Positions 1-11,983 of a stretch of DNA of 40,970 nucleotides are shown here, in pieces (position 1 is the stretch's first letter; each line of letters begins with the position of its first letter). Location: the NCBI GenBank assembly GCA_002269645.1, contig NIVC01000348.1, positions 1 to 40,970 of the forward strand. Direction: 5' to 3'. The notes under the pieces were generated by a model, which was not told the DNA's origin, made no database searches, and was given only the letters and a program-made list of their open reading frames with translations. The stretch is from Macrostomum lignano (taxonomy: Eukaryota). The position numbers and the translations under genes are program-made.

Positions 1-64
1 CCAACCATTGCATTTCGTCCCCAAGTTCTAACGGACCAGACGCAGTTTGATGTAGATGGCGATG

Positions 65-66
<2 letters not shown>

Positions 67-117
<51 letters not shown>
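67..117. repeat. (AT)n microsatellite
   Basis: Uninterrupted AT dinucleotide run 67-108 plus a short interrupted tail; explains the YIYIYI stretch of ORF 56..466. Confidence 0.95.
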
Positions 118-119
<2 letters not shown>

Positions 120-1405
120 CCTGCCTTCATTATATATTATACTTTCATTACATTGGGGTATACTTGACAATTGGCCACCAGTTGGATTGCATCAGTTGCC
201 CAGCCTATTTTTTTCAACTTGTCCCCATCAATGTGGAATGTCAGTGCCAATGTAGTTGGGGGAACAAACCTATATATGTATCTATCTGTCTCAAATACTA
301 TTCATTGCTGCCTTCATTCCCTATTCAGGCCTATTGGAATAAATGCCTTTTTTGCATCTGGCTATCTGCTTCACTTTTTAGACAAGAGCACTTGGTGGTA
401 TGCCACACCATGCTAGAGAAGACAATGCACAGTGTAGAGTCACTGACCATGTATAACATACTGTAGCATGCCATGCGGTGTGCCTGCCATGTCACTCTTG
501 AAATGTGATACTGAATTGGCTATCTGCCCATTTGAGACTTAATTTCAATAGGGACTTCATAGACTATTTAACTTTTCAATTGTACTTTCAATTTTTTGCA
601 AAATTTCCCTTTTCTCTATATACATGTTAAATGCAAAAACATTATGTTTTTCTTAAGTACACGTTATGCATAAGAACAAAAAATAATGAAGGCATTAAGA
701 CATACACAATGCATCCTGTAGCAAAAAAGTGCCATATTGTTTTTTAATCACACTTGGCATACAATATGTTACATGTCTATTTCATAGGAAATCAAGTCTA
801 TTCAAATCAAGTTCTGAGTGCAAATACCTGTTCCTTTCAATCAGCAGGCAGACGTGAAGACCTGCCTTGGAGGCTTCTTGCCCTGGCAAGAAGTAATGTT
901 CAACTTACCTTTCAACCTTGCCAAAAAGAACTCGCCATGTTGATGTTGACCTGCTAATGTGGAAAAGGACTTCTATTTTAGTCTCTTGTGCCACACTGCC
1001 ACATAACTGAGTCACATTGGCCATTGGCCCAGGCCCTTGTGTAAATTCAGAGGGATGTACATGTATGAACTTACCTGTCAGATTCTATCCAATTTTACAA
1101 CTTAATTTGGTCTGCAACCATTTATACTAGCTAGAGCAGCTAGGTTAGCTGACAGTTGCATATGAATAGGTTATATAAATATTGTCTGCCATTGTCATTG
1201 ACATTGCATTGTAACTCTTCTTGGTCATTGCACAATTTTTGCAGCTGTTCATGGTGTCCATTCTATTTGCAAAGCAAAATTTTGATTTAGCTCAAGAATT
1301 ATTCTAGGCATGGCCTAGACTTGTCAATAAATGTACACTGGTGGTAATGAAGTCAACTAATAATAAATATCGATTCTCAATCTCTTAATCCCGACCTATG
1401 TCCAG

Positions 1406-4400
1406 GGCGCTCACTTCCCAAGAAGTAAAGGCCTCAGGAGCGGCCATAAGCCTCTCGGCTGCAGAAGCCTTAGTGGATGCCACCCTTTCCGTAATAACTG
1501 GAGGCTGTGCAGCTACCCACTACAAGGAAACGGTGTCGCTTTTGCACCGCCGTGGCGTCTTGGTGGGCGACTTTCAGCATGGCCGCCAAGCGTGCATCTC
1601 CATTTGGGAAGCCGCAGACAAGCACTTTGTCGAGAAAATCGTTACGCAGCTGAAGAAGCCACTGCCATCCACGTCGCTGGCGCCATTCTGGTGCCTAATG
1701 GCCGACAAAAGTACGCCAGCCCGAAGCTCCAACCAGGTATGTTGTAGTCTCGTAGATATCCGTCTAGCACTCAAGCACTGGACACATGAATTGTGCCGAA
1801 ATTTGCCGGAAGTACAATTTATTTGCACCCTTGACCCTTACAAATTCCGTAATCCCCACAACCCTGATAAGGCCGTGCTGGTCTGCGCCTACGGTTCGGA
1901 TGGCATCCGGACCTCCTATTTGGTCGGGGCACCGGCTGTGTATCACCCAGCAGACTGCAGCCTGTCGGGTGGGACTGCTGCGTTACTCGCCACGTGAGTA
2001 GAGTCTCATAAATTTATATATGAGTAATTAAGTTCAAGAGTTAATTATAATTACGAAAGACAGTAGTATATGTTGTAGTTGTATTGCTGCCTCTGAGTCT
2101 CTCCATTGTCTAGGCTCCATTGTTAGGCTTTCCCCGCTCCTTGTCAAATATCAGGTCCGCCATACGAGCCGTTCAGGACGCTGGGCTGCACCTGCGCCAG
2201 TGTGCCGGGCTGTCCGCCGATGGCCAGTATGTGCAGCAATCGTTTAATGCTGTCTTCAATGCCAGGATTAGTGCCGCAGACGCAGAGCCAGAGCAGACTG
2301 AGGCAGCGGCAGCGGATGCCGCCAATTTCAGTGACGGTGACTGTGAAGGCCGCGATCGCGAGATTCGTGACGGCGCTGACTGGCTTGATGCGGGCAACCA
2401 CAATCTGGACGGCCAGATACAGATCGACCAGGGCTTTTTTGGCGTAGTCTGGGACCCGGCCCACTGGATGGACCTCGCTGTTCGCGACGCCTTGAAGTCT
2501 AGTACAGCGTTTCAACGAGTCGTCCAGGCATTTCGTTGGCTTCGCCGCAAAGTCCAGCGCGGCAAAATTGCCGTGGCCGCCGACCAATTCGCAGCTATGC
2601 TGGAGGACCGGCCTGCTTGAAAGAGCCAGTCCTTCAGCACAATGCGTTTTGCATCGTCGAATTTTTCAATGGTCACAAAGACGCTCACTGAGCTGAAGAT
2701 ATGGCTTGCCACGCTGGCTGCATCCAAGCTGCCACGAAAGGATCAGCATGTTCTGGCGTATTTGAAGTCAGCGCCGTTCATCGTCGAGCTGCTGGTCGTC
2801 CGCGACGTGCTGAAGCCCTTCAGCTCAGTTATGCTGAGGGCGCAGAACTTGCAGCTTCCTGCCTGGCACATTGTGGGCGATCTTTCGTATCTGGCAGTGC
2901 AGCTTGAAAGGTGAGAAAAAGTCAGTGTTATTCAAGTCCCCTCCCTTCTCTCTTCTCGGAAAGAAAACGAAACTTTCATTATGACCACTTTAAAAAAACA
3001 ACTCCTGAGTGGACAGAGCGGTATACTTTTATATTGAACAGAAAAGCATCTGTATGATTTAAAGCAGAATTGGACTATGGGAGAGCCTACAAACTACAAA
3101 ATATGATATAGGTAAAACAAACATCAAATGTCGATAAAGTAAGCAAGCATGAAATTATAACAAGCTATATTTAAATTCTAAGAAAATTCCGGTCCAATTG
3201 TCTTAAATGTACTTATTATGTTCTTTAATAATGTCGCATCACTTTACCAGGCTAAAGCAGGCACTGGGTGCGCTTTCCGATGGCCTGGCCCCTGGTGGAG
3301 TCCCTAGCGCTAGCGGCAGCGGGCAGGGCGACTGTAGTCGAAGCCAGCAGCGGGTCGAGCACGAGCCACAGCCACTGCTGCCGGTGGAGTCACAGCTTCG
3401 GGATAAGCTGCCAAGTCTGCGCAACGGCATGTACGATGGGATGGAGGTTGCGGCATCAGCAGCCAGCCCCTTTCGGGTCCAATCATTGGAGCCTGACGAC
3501 TCGGACTAGTCCAACAATGACGATGATGACATCCAGGTTAGAGATATGGAGATTGTTCCCCGCATTTTTTTACAATTAGAATCATGAATTGAAGCCAAGC
3601 CACAATGGCTTTTTTGGATATGTTAAAACTGTCAACAGACTATTAAACTGTTAGACAGTAGACACTCAATAGACTATTAGACTTCATGATGGAGGCTGAA
3701 GAGAGATGTAGAGGGATTCGGGGAGGAAGAGAAGAGACACGGAAACCTTTTGGAAATTGGAAAAAAATAAAATTCGAAATCAATTTCTGAACCCTCCTTA
3801 AAATTCCCCTAAATCAGGTCGTACGACATGATCCGGCCAGTGCCAGCATACCGTCGAGATAGCCCTGAAGGCATCGCTGCAGGTGGTTAGTGATGTGGCC
3901 AATGCCCTCAGTCGCCGCAGTGCAATGGCTATGCCAGCGTTTGTTTACAGGTTGGAGGCGGCCTTTGGCTTGGTTGGCTATCTTTGAGCCCTCTGTGGCC
4001 GTCGTCGCCAACAGACAGTGCAGCTACGTTTTGAGGCTGCATTCCAAGTGCACGGAAAAGCTGCTTTCTGTGGGGCAGTCGAATCTGCTATGACTCGACA
4101 GCAGCTTCGACAAATGTTTGGCGCCAATGCTGGCTCACGTCTGCATGCAGCCTGGCGTGAAGGGCTTTATGCCATGGTGTGGGCCGAGGACAGCCACTGC
4201 CGAAAGGTCATCTTTGGCAGCGACTGCCTGGATTCGCCACTACGTGCCCTCTCCACCACGACTGACAATCAGTTTAGCCTCGACTTCGGGCTACCTAGCG
4301 GGCCCGTAGTTAGTAAGGTGCGGGAGGAGGCTTTCTGCGCTGCCATGTTTAGCAACCCAGCTGTTTATCAGCTTTTCGGCACCTCCATGTGTGCGCTGTA

Positions 4401-4695
4401 CGACTGGGCACTGGCAAAGCGCGGGCCGGAAGTGGAGGTCGAGAGTGTTTACTCGGCTATGGGTTGCCACTGTCAGCAAGGGGCACTCCAGCTGGACAAA
4501 ACCCTGGAGCTACGGACTCGGCTGGCATGGCACCTCCCTCTATCAGGGGCATCGATGCCGGGGACCATCACGGCGATTGCCAGCAAGTGGCTGAAGACTC
4601 ATCAGGTGCTTCGAAAAAGCAGTCGCAGCACAACCCAGAAGCAGCAGGTGCTTCGGCGACTGGCGGCAACAAAGCGCCGGGTCAACGTTGATTGA
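1406..4695 (+). pseudogene. Decayed, intron-containing hAT-like DDE transposase (5' exons not identified)
   Basis: Phase-consistent GT-AG exons 1406-1736, 1872-1993, 2155-2910, 3251-3536 and ~3818-4695. Motifs in hAT order: WCLMADKST (D1, ~1704), GLSADGQY (D2, ~2219), VWDPAHWMDLAV (C/DxxH-type), FSTMRF, and C-terminal EVEVESVYSAM (catalytic E / dimerisation region). In-frame stops at 2618 (TGA), 3507 (TAG) and 3985 (TGA), plus an apparent frameshift near 3820-3840. Family assignment is by motif recognition only. Confidence 0.7.
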
Positions 4696-5856
4696 TGCGA
4701 GCCATTGACTGACTAATTGAACCAAATCACTGATCCTGGGGACTGGCCCTGGCGCGGTATGGGTAGATGTCTGGCGCAGGAAAGGGGGGCGTCCAGCGCA
4801 GTTCAGACCTTGGCTGCAATAGGGCTGTACATTTATTCTTAAATTTTTTATTCTTACTTTTGTGACTTTAATCTTCATTGATACTAACTACAAATTTTGC
4901 ATCCTTTCTTTATTCTAAAGGTAACTTATCAACTAATTGTGCTTTAACTTTACTAAAAATTGCTACTACTAATTTTTGTGACCTATTAACTAACTCTGCT
5001 TTACTAAAAAAGGTACGCTAATTGTGCCTTATATGTCATTTTTTTAGCATTTTTCTTGTAGATTATTCTGAATTAGTGCTTTGCAAAATAAAATTGAGAG
5101 TTTTTTTCTATTCTCAAAATAGAGGTACCATAAAATAGAATTTTAATCCTCAGACCACAATTATTCTATTTTTATCCTTATATAGATCATCTAGGTGCAA
5201 CACGAAGCCAATCTAGCTGTCTAGCAAGGGGCCTAGCCAAGGTAAGTTGCAAAAATGCCCATTAAATTAGTACTCTAAATTAGGAAAGGAGTACTAATTA
5301 GATGACGAGGTATTTCTTCCTGCCATTTACCCAAAACATTGGTACCATTATTGGAGTTGTGGTAAGATCTAGCATGAGATCATTGTTTCCTTGTGTTTAT
5401 ATGCCATTTTAGATACGAAAACAGAAGAAAAAGAAAGTCCATTTGCTTTTATCCATCTGAAATATATGTTGAGGGTACATTTGGAAAAACATGTTTCTGT
5501 GAGATTTTGCTAAAGGAAAATAAAAAAGTATGTATATATCATGTTTTACATAAAATTTTGATGGGAGTCATGTGGAAGTCAATATAAACAATGGTTGAAA
5601 ACAAAAGATGAAACTTTCAAACAGAAAATTTATAAAGAAAAAAATTTTTTAACTAATATTAATAAATATTTTTTATAGAATTTAATATTCTTTTTCTGAA
5701 TATTTACTTTGTTTGACTCAGTATCAATTTGTTACTTCAAATTTCAAAATCTACATATGTTCATTTTTGACTTTTTGATCACATAAGGATTTTTTTGAAA
5801 TAATAACAAACTTTGATACCATATAGCTTTCTTGTTATTGCACCCATTATTATAGC

Positions 5857-5872
5857 TAGGGGGTCCAGTGAG
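5857..5872 (+). repeat. Left terminal inverted repeat of the 5857-11983 element
   Basis: 16/16 inverted match to 11968-11983; preceded by TSD TTATAGC. Confidence 0.88.
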
Positions 5873-6102
5873 AAAATTTTTTTTCTGAATTCTTAACTTT
5901 TAACTATGCCATTTTGTAGATCTGGATGTTCTGATTGAAATGACACCAAGGTTTTGAAAATTGGTTCAGTAATAAAAAAGTTATGAGGTTTTTCTTCTGA
6001 AAAAATGCATCTTTTTTCGTATCTCAAATACACTAGAAACTGTGCTGTTTTTGGAGGAAAAATCATGTTTTTCGCAGTAAAATCTGTATAACATTTTTTT
6101 TT

Positions 6103-6495
6103 TCAACCAATCTTGGTGCTTTTGGTGTCATTTTGTAGCATTTTGTTTCCACTTTTTGATCCTGTATTCTGATGTGTACATGTGTTGCTGGAATTAATGC
6201 ACTTTAGTGGAGATTGGCAAAAATTTGTTAAATACTATTTTTCCCGGGATATATTACTTTTACTTATTTAGGGTATATCTCCATAATTCCTGAACCAATC
6301 TTATTGTTTTTGGTGTCATTTTGTAGCTCTTTGTTGCCACTTGTGGATCTTATATTCTACTAGGCACATATGCTGCTAGGGTGTATGGAATTCAGTGGAA
6401 ATGGGAGAAAATAAGTAAATAACTAATTATCCCAGGCCCAGGCCCAGGGTATAGTCTTTTTTTTAGTATAGCCAATATAGGTATATCTCCATTTA
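6103..6495. repeat. Imperfect ~190-bp tandem duplication in the left subterminal region
   Basis: AACCAATCTT..TTTTGGTGTCATTTTGTAGC begins at ~6104 and again at ~6293. Downstream similarity continues (GGTATATCTCCAT at ~6272 and ~6480). An inverted copy of the core motif lies at 5937-5969. Confidence 0.75.
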
Positions 6496-7514
6496 CCTTA
6501 TCATATTGATTATTGCCCTTCAAATGGTTTCAAATGGCTTTTTTGACATTAGCAGTATTAGTAGAATGAATTAGTAACTTTTACTAAAATGACACAAAGT
6601 CACAACATATCCCCATTTGGCCATTTCCATGACCATGCCCATGGCATGGGCCATGACACTACATGACATTTATGCCTTTGCATAGCTTCTGGTCATCATG
6701 GCTAGTCCTAATTCTGAGCCTGAGCTTTAGGCTGAGCCCAAGCCCAAGGGGACTGAGGCAGGGCAGGAGACAAGGGTCACTAACGGTCTCATGCTTGCCA
6801 CCCTGGAAACCGCCATGGACGCAAAGTTGCCCACCACTGAGATCTGGGACTCCTTGGCAGAGTGTATAGATTTGCCAAGTGAGACAAGCTCGGACGGCCT
6901 CAGGCTTCTCCATCGTGTGGTGCTGAAGCTGAAGGCGAAGTCGCGGGACCTGCAGCGGTCAAGGGTGCGCGAGGAGGCTGCTGGCAAGAAGAGTGCCTGG
7001 TCCAGCTTCATGGAGGCTGCTTTCGTCTGTCCTGGTGGAGTGATGGCGACTGCAACCCAGGCGCTGCCCATTCCTCGCACACCAGTCGGCCGAGCGTCCT
7101 CTTCTGCTGCTGCTGCTGCTGCCACGTCCCCTGAGGAGCAACGGGGCGTAGAGGCTGGGCTCCGAACGTCTGTGGCGGACCTGCGGGCCCAGCTGGCAAG
7201 CTCAGAGCAGACTGTGTGGAAGCTGCGTGCCGAGGTCTCTCAGCGCCCACTGCGGAAGGTCTGGGTGCAGCGGGTCCGGCGTCTTCAGGACTGACTGCAA
7301 GCAGCTCGGCAGCATGCGCGGATCAAGACCCAGGTGCTGCTGGCCATGCGTGATGCCAAGCAGTCTCAGAAGCGTCGCCAGGTTGCCCGGGCAGAAGCTG
7401 CTGCGGCGCAGCGCATCCGCGACCTTCAGGCAAAACTGCGCCAGATGCACGATATGTTGTCTACCGCAAACAGTCGCGTAAGAGGCATTGAATATAAATA
7501 ATGTGTAGCTATTG

Positions 7515-7570
7515 AGACAGACAGACAGAGACAGACAGACAGACAGACAGAGAAACAGACAGACACAGAC
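7515..7570. repeat. (GACA)n microsatellite, transposase intron 1
   Basis: Imperfect GACA/GAGA tetranucleotide run. Confidence 0.85.
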
Positions 7571-8042
7571 AAAAGAAATATTCTTTGTGTCATTCATTCA
7601 ACTTCCACTTCGAATCCAACCCTTATTCCTAACACCTAACAGATCCAGTATCTCCAGGACTACATCTGTGCCAGCCAGACGCATGTGCTCCAGACGCGCG
7701 AGCCGCGCCCTACCAGTGGACAACAGTACACCAACAGGGTCATCTCCACGTGCATGGACCTGGTGCTCAAGTGCCACGTCCCTGGACGAGCCGTCCGCGA
7801 CACCGTCAGGACTGTCGTGGAGGACCTCTGCGAGTCGCGGATCGTCGACAAGCTGCCATCAGACTCGCTGATCAGCGCGGTCACGTACGGCGTGGGCAAC
7901 AGTCTCGCCAAGGCGAAGGCCATGGAGAGCATCCTGCTCGCGGCCGGGACTGACCAGCCGCTGACGCTGATGACCGACGCCACTAGCAAGAAGGGCAACC
8001 ACTGGAATGTCCTGCAGGTTAGTTTTAATTGTAGTGAGAATG

Positions 8043-8104
8043 ACACCCACCCACCTACCCACTCACCCACCCACCCACCTACCCACTCACCCACCCACCC
8101 ACTC
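8043..8104. repeat. (CACC)n-like microsatellite filling transposase intron 2
   Basis: ACCC/ACTC/ACCT tetramer run ending at the acceptor at 8105-8106. Confidence 0.85.
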
Positions 8105-10314
8105 AGGCCGACACTGGCGACGGCACGGTGGCGCTGACGCTGCGACAGGTCGAGGGCGGCACTGCTCAGATGTACGCCCGCGAGATGGATACATCCATCG
8201 ACCGTCTCGTCGACGCCTATTGCGACATCGTGAAGCCGGGGGAAGATGGCGCGGAGGCTAGGCGCGAGATGAAGCGCAACCTCTTCATCCGCGTCAACTT
8301 CCTGATGACGGACCGGCACGTGGTCAATAAGTGCCTGCTGGTCCTGCTCAACGAGATGCGGGACACTATGATGTCCAACGACGGCCTGCCTCCTCCTGAG
8401 AAGGTGGTTGCAGTGTACTGTGCAATGCACCTTATCGTCAACCTGGCTGCTGCGATGGAGAGTGGCCTGCGCGACTGGGAGGGCTGCGTTTCGGCCGCGC
8501 CGCTAGGGGCTGCAGCTGTCCCCGGTTTCAAGACCGCCAAGGCGGAGTCCGGTAAGTTTTCAATGTCCGGGGGATCTCTGGGGCTTTGGGGGATAGAGAC
8601 TTAACATGTGCCATTTCCCGTCCATTCTTCCCTGTAAACAGGCACTCAGCGGCTGATCAGGACTGTCAGCAAAGCCTTCCATCGACTGGGGAACGAGCAG
8701 TGCGGCGTTGCCGTTCCGTTCGAGGTCTACTTGCAGTCGCGCGGGGCGAAGCCGTTCCAGATGGAGGACTTCCGGGGCAACCAGGCGTACGTAATCTTCC
8801 CTAACGGTGGCCACGTGTTCGCCCAGCGGAAGCTACTGACAGCCTTCCTGCAGGAGTACCCCTGCAGCAACTGACTACTCGTTGCCGTGCAGAACGACCT
8901 GGCGTCCGACATCCTCCTCACCGGCTGTCGCGCGTTGGGCGTCATCGACTTCCTGGTCGTCAGGTGAGGCTGGAACGAGGTTTGTCGTTGAAAGGGAGAC
9001 AAAAAATGAAGAAAAGGAAAAAAATAAAACAATTCCAAACCCTCCAATTCTATCCACAGGCCCTTGTGGCTGCTTCTCCGGAGCCCGAGGTCGGCGGTGA
9101 GCCTCATGGACATGAACAGCCGCTACGAGCAGCTGTGTCAGTGGCTCCAGGACGTGGCCTCGTCGGACGCTGTCCAATTCTCAGCGGACTTCAGCGGGCC
9201 ATTTCCTGACCTCGCTGATGCCGTCCTGAAGCCGCAGGATGCATGGGACACCTGGGCTGCCCTGACCTCCGACGCCTCGGACCTGGACAAAGATCTCCTT
9301 GGCCAGGCTCTGCAGGTTGCTTCCGCGCACATGCTGGTCCTTGCTCGCCGTGAGGTGATAGATCACCTGCCTGGTGGTGCGCTGCGCAGCCTGCCAAACG
9401 ACCATGCCCGGATGGCCGCCGCTGCGCCGAAGGACAACGTCCCGTGCGAGGAGGCCTTCGCCGGGCTTGACAGTATTGTCAGGTCGAAGCCAAACATGCG
9501 CGACGTGGCCCGCGAGACTTACGTCCTGTTCAAGCAGAACGGCACTAGCGAATGGCTTCGCGAGAAGTCACAGCAGGAGCAGGATGCGATGATGACGCGC
9601 GCACGGCAGATGGCCAAGAAGGTCGAGGCGCAGGCCAAGGCGGATACCCAGGCTATTCGACTGGCGCAGCAGCGCCTGCAGCAGAGCCGGATTGCGCAGG
9701 ACCAGCTCAAGAATGCCACTAAGGAGCGTGTCCTTCGCGACCTGATCAACTCCGTGCACGACTACGGTGGCCTGTGGCTCACGGTGGCTGACATGTGCCA
9801 GCACCTGCAGGACATGCCGGAGCAGCTGCAGGAGCAAGCAGTGACCGCCCAGTTGCAACTGCACAAAGCCATGAGTAAATGTTATTAATTTAATGCCACG
9901 ATATGCACTCATGCCTTTCCTGTCATCAAAGAACTTAATATGTACTGCTTTACACCCTCCTCAAACACAGAGCCGACAGTCCCCAAGGACATGGCTGGCT
10001 GCCTCAACCTGACAGACTCCGGCGCCAGGAGGTCGGTCCAGCTTCTTGTCGACAACCTGCAGGCTTTCCTGGGCCACCTGGAGAAGCAGAACGATGCGCC
10101 TGTCGACGAGGTCACTGCGCAGGCTGTTTCGGTGCGGTCTGCTGACGACCGTACTAGCCGTGTCCAGGCTGCCATTGCCAAGAAGCTGGAGCCAGCGCAA
10201 CGAAAGGCCCCAGCTGCATCAGCACATCCAGGCGCCGCCAGACCTCGTGGACGGGGCCGGGGTTCTGGCCGAGGAGCTCAGCCTCCGGCTCAGGGCACCG
10301 ACAGAGGCCGACGC

Positions 10315-10386
10315 GGGACCGGGCGCGGACGTGGGACCGGGCGCGGACGCGGGACCGGGCGCGGACGTGGGACCGGGCGTGGACGC
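10315..10386 (+). repeat. Coding 18-bp tandem repeat (GGGACCGGGCGCGGACGY x4) encoding (GTGRGR)n
   Basis: Four near-identical units inside the last transposase exon. Confidence 0.9.
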
Positions 10387-11287
10387 GGGAGTGCTGGCAT
10401 CCGAGCCGGTGCAAAGCGGCCTCGTATCTCCAGCTCCGAGTCCGAGTCTGATTCTGATGCCTCCAGTCCTGAGGATGCCCCGGAGGCTGCCCAAGCCGCA
10501 CTGGTGCCGACACTCGAGAACCTGCCAGACCTTGTGGGTCAGCGCATTGAAATGCGCTTTGGCTACGCTGATGGGTCGGAGCGCTGGTCGCAGGGCTACG
10601 TGCTGGGCCGTGTGCCAGGCTTGAGCCGTGATGTCCTTGCATGGGTCTTTGAGATGGTCTTCGACGAGACTGGCCCTGAGGATGTGTACCGGTACACACT
10701 GTGCAATGATTGGATGAACAATGACCTCCACGTGCTAGACAGCGATGACGATGACGAGTAGCTTAAGTCCTTCTTAAAGTACTTTGTGGCCCAGCACTGC
10801 ATCGCATGGTAGAGGGAAGGGGGGCATAGGGGGAATGTATATAGTACATATATCATTGTATGTATCATGTATGTATAGTTTCTATGTTTCTGCATAAAGA
10901 CTTGTACTTACCAATCAGTTGAGCAGTTTTCTTACTGAACAATTATTAGAAAGGAAGTTAGCGTCGTTGACCAGACGAATGCTAGGGGTCGCTTGCTGGG
11001 ATAGCTTTGCTGGGGTCAGTATCCAGCAGCCTTCCAGCGGAAGCCTTCCTTTTGACCCCCATGTTCCATGTATGGAATTAGATGTATAGATTCGTATGAA
11101 GCCATTTGACCACATATATATAGTTGTATATATTGTATAGAGGGTACAGTGGGCCCTACTATACTGTTTTGCAAAAAAAGTGCATGCAGCAATTTCCCTT
11201 CATCTTTTCAACCCCTTGCTGTACATTTTCCTATCTCCGTAATGTATTTGCATGTATGCCTGCACAAATGTTGAGAATTTTCACCTA

Positions 11288-11560
11288 GTGCGGCAAGGGC
11301 TAGTGGAAATCGCTTTTAGGACAAAATATATGACCAATGTCCCTACCATTTGGTGAAAAAAACTCGCGGTCGACTCTTTCCATTTTTAAAAAAAGTGTGA
11401 TTTTCATGTTTCTAATGGGGATTTACATGTATTTTGCCCATTTCTGGTAAGCACACTGCGGCAAGGGTTAGAAGCATCCTGTTTGGCGTAACAGGTTCTT
11501 TTTGTCACCAGAAGTAAGTGGAAAAAAGAATTAGGGAGTCGACTCATTCCATTCAAAAGT
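11288..11560. repeat. Imperfect ~170-bp-period duplication in the right subterminal region
   Basis: TGCGGCAAGGG(C/T)TAG at ~11289 and ~11458; GTCGACTC(T/A)TTCCATT at ~11369 and ~11538. Confidence 0.6.
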
Positions 11561-11967
11561 TATGGCCATTTGAATTTTTTGATGTACATGTACATGTACA
11601 TGTACATTTTTTTGGGAAAATTTTTTTCAGCCAAAATGGTCTGCATAATGATCTCTCAATCCAATGTGCATGCATTTTTGATAGTTTTGCACTCATTCAA
11701 TGAAAACTGGAGCTGCCTGACCCCATATTTTTCTCCAATTTCGGCACAGTTTTAAAAATGTACAAAAATGTATACCATGTTTCACAGTCTGCAACTTTCT
11801 TGTCGTATGTACTATACACACAAGCAATATGTTGTTTGAAAGATCTACTTGTCTACTTTCCAACAAATGTAAGATCGTTGCAGTGTGTCACTTATTTCAA
11901 AAGTTATAGCCACAGAAAGAAGACCACTTTTTTGCCATTTTTCCCTTCTGCACAAGCCAAAAACAGG

Positions 11968-11983
11968 CTCACTGGACCCCCTA
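11968..11983 (-). repeat. Right terminal inverted repeat of the 5857-11983 element
   Basis: 16/16 inverted match to 5857-5872; followed by TSD TTATAGC. Confidence 0.88.

Larger units (their letters stand above)
6791..10761 (+). pseudogene. Six-exon DDE transposase (RNase H fold, CxxH class) with RG-repeat linker and C-terminal Tudor/Spindlin-like domain; two in-frame TGA stops
   Basis: Exons 6791-7477, 7643-8017, 8107-8551, 8642-8963, 9060-9874 and 9971-10761 have GT-AG boundaries with matching phases (0,0,1,2,1) and total 3435 nt = 1145 codons. Motifs: LMTDATSK (D ~7976), FLMTDR (D ~8311), YCAMH (CxxH 8419-8430), NVPCEEAFAGLD (E ~9448). TGA at 7292-7294 and 8872-8874; no frameshifts. The true start may be upstream: the frame is open back to a possible acceptor at 6730. 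Confidence 0.8.
5857..11983 (+). mobile_element. Full-length 6127-bp cut-and-paste DNA transposon (hAT-superfamily-like), 16-bp TIRs, 7-bp TSD
   Basis: TAGGGGGTCCAGTGAG at 5857-5872 is the exact reverse complement of CTCACTGGACCCCCTA at 11968-11983. TTATAGC flanks both ends directly (5850-5856 and 11984-11990). A transposase gene lies inside. Confidence 0.88.

Noticed and set aside
56-957. Short ORFs at the window start as upstream transposase exons or host genes
   Set aside because: AT-rich, microsatellite-derived or motif-less. A possible mini-exon at ~843-891 could not be supported.
5195-5247. Small exon with a perfect AAG/GTAAGT donor as first exon of the 6791 transposase
   Set aside because: It lies outside the left TIR (5857), so it cannot belong to the element; no other support.
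7292-8874. Selenocysteine recoding of the two TGAs
   Set aside because: The positions look like Arg (Arg-Leu context) rather than catalytic Cys, and no SECIS was recognised by eye; SECISearch on 10762-11967 would settle it.
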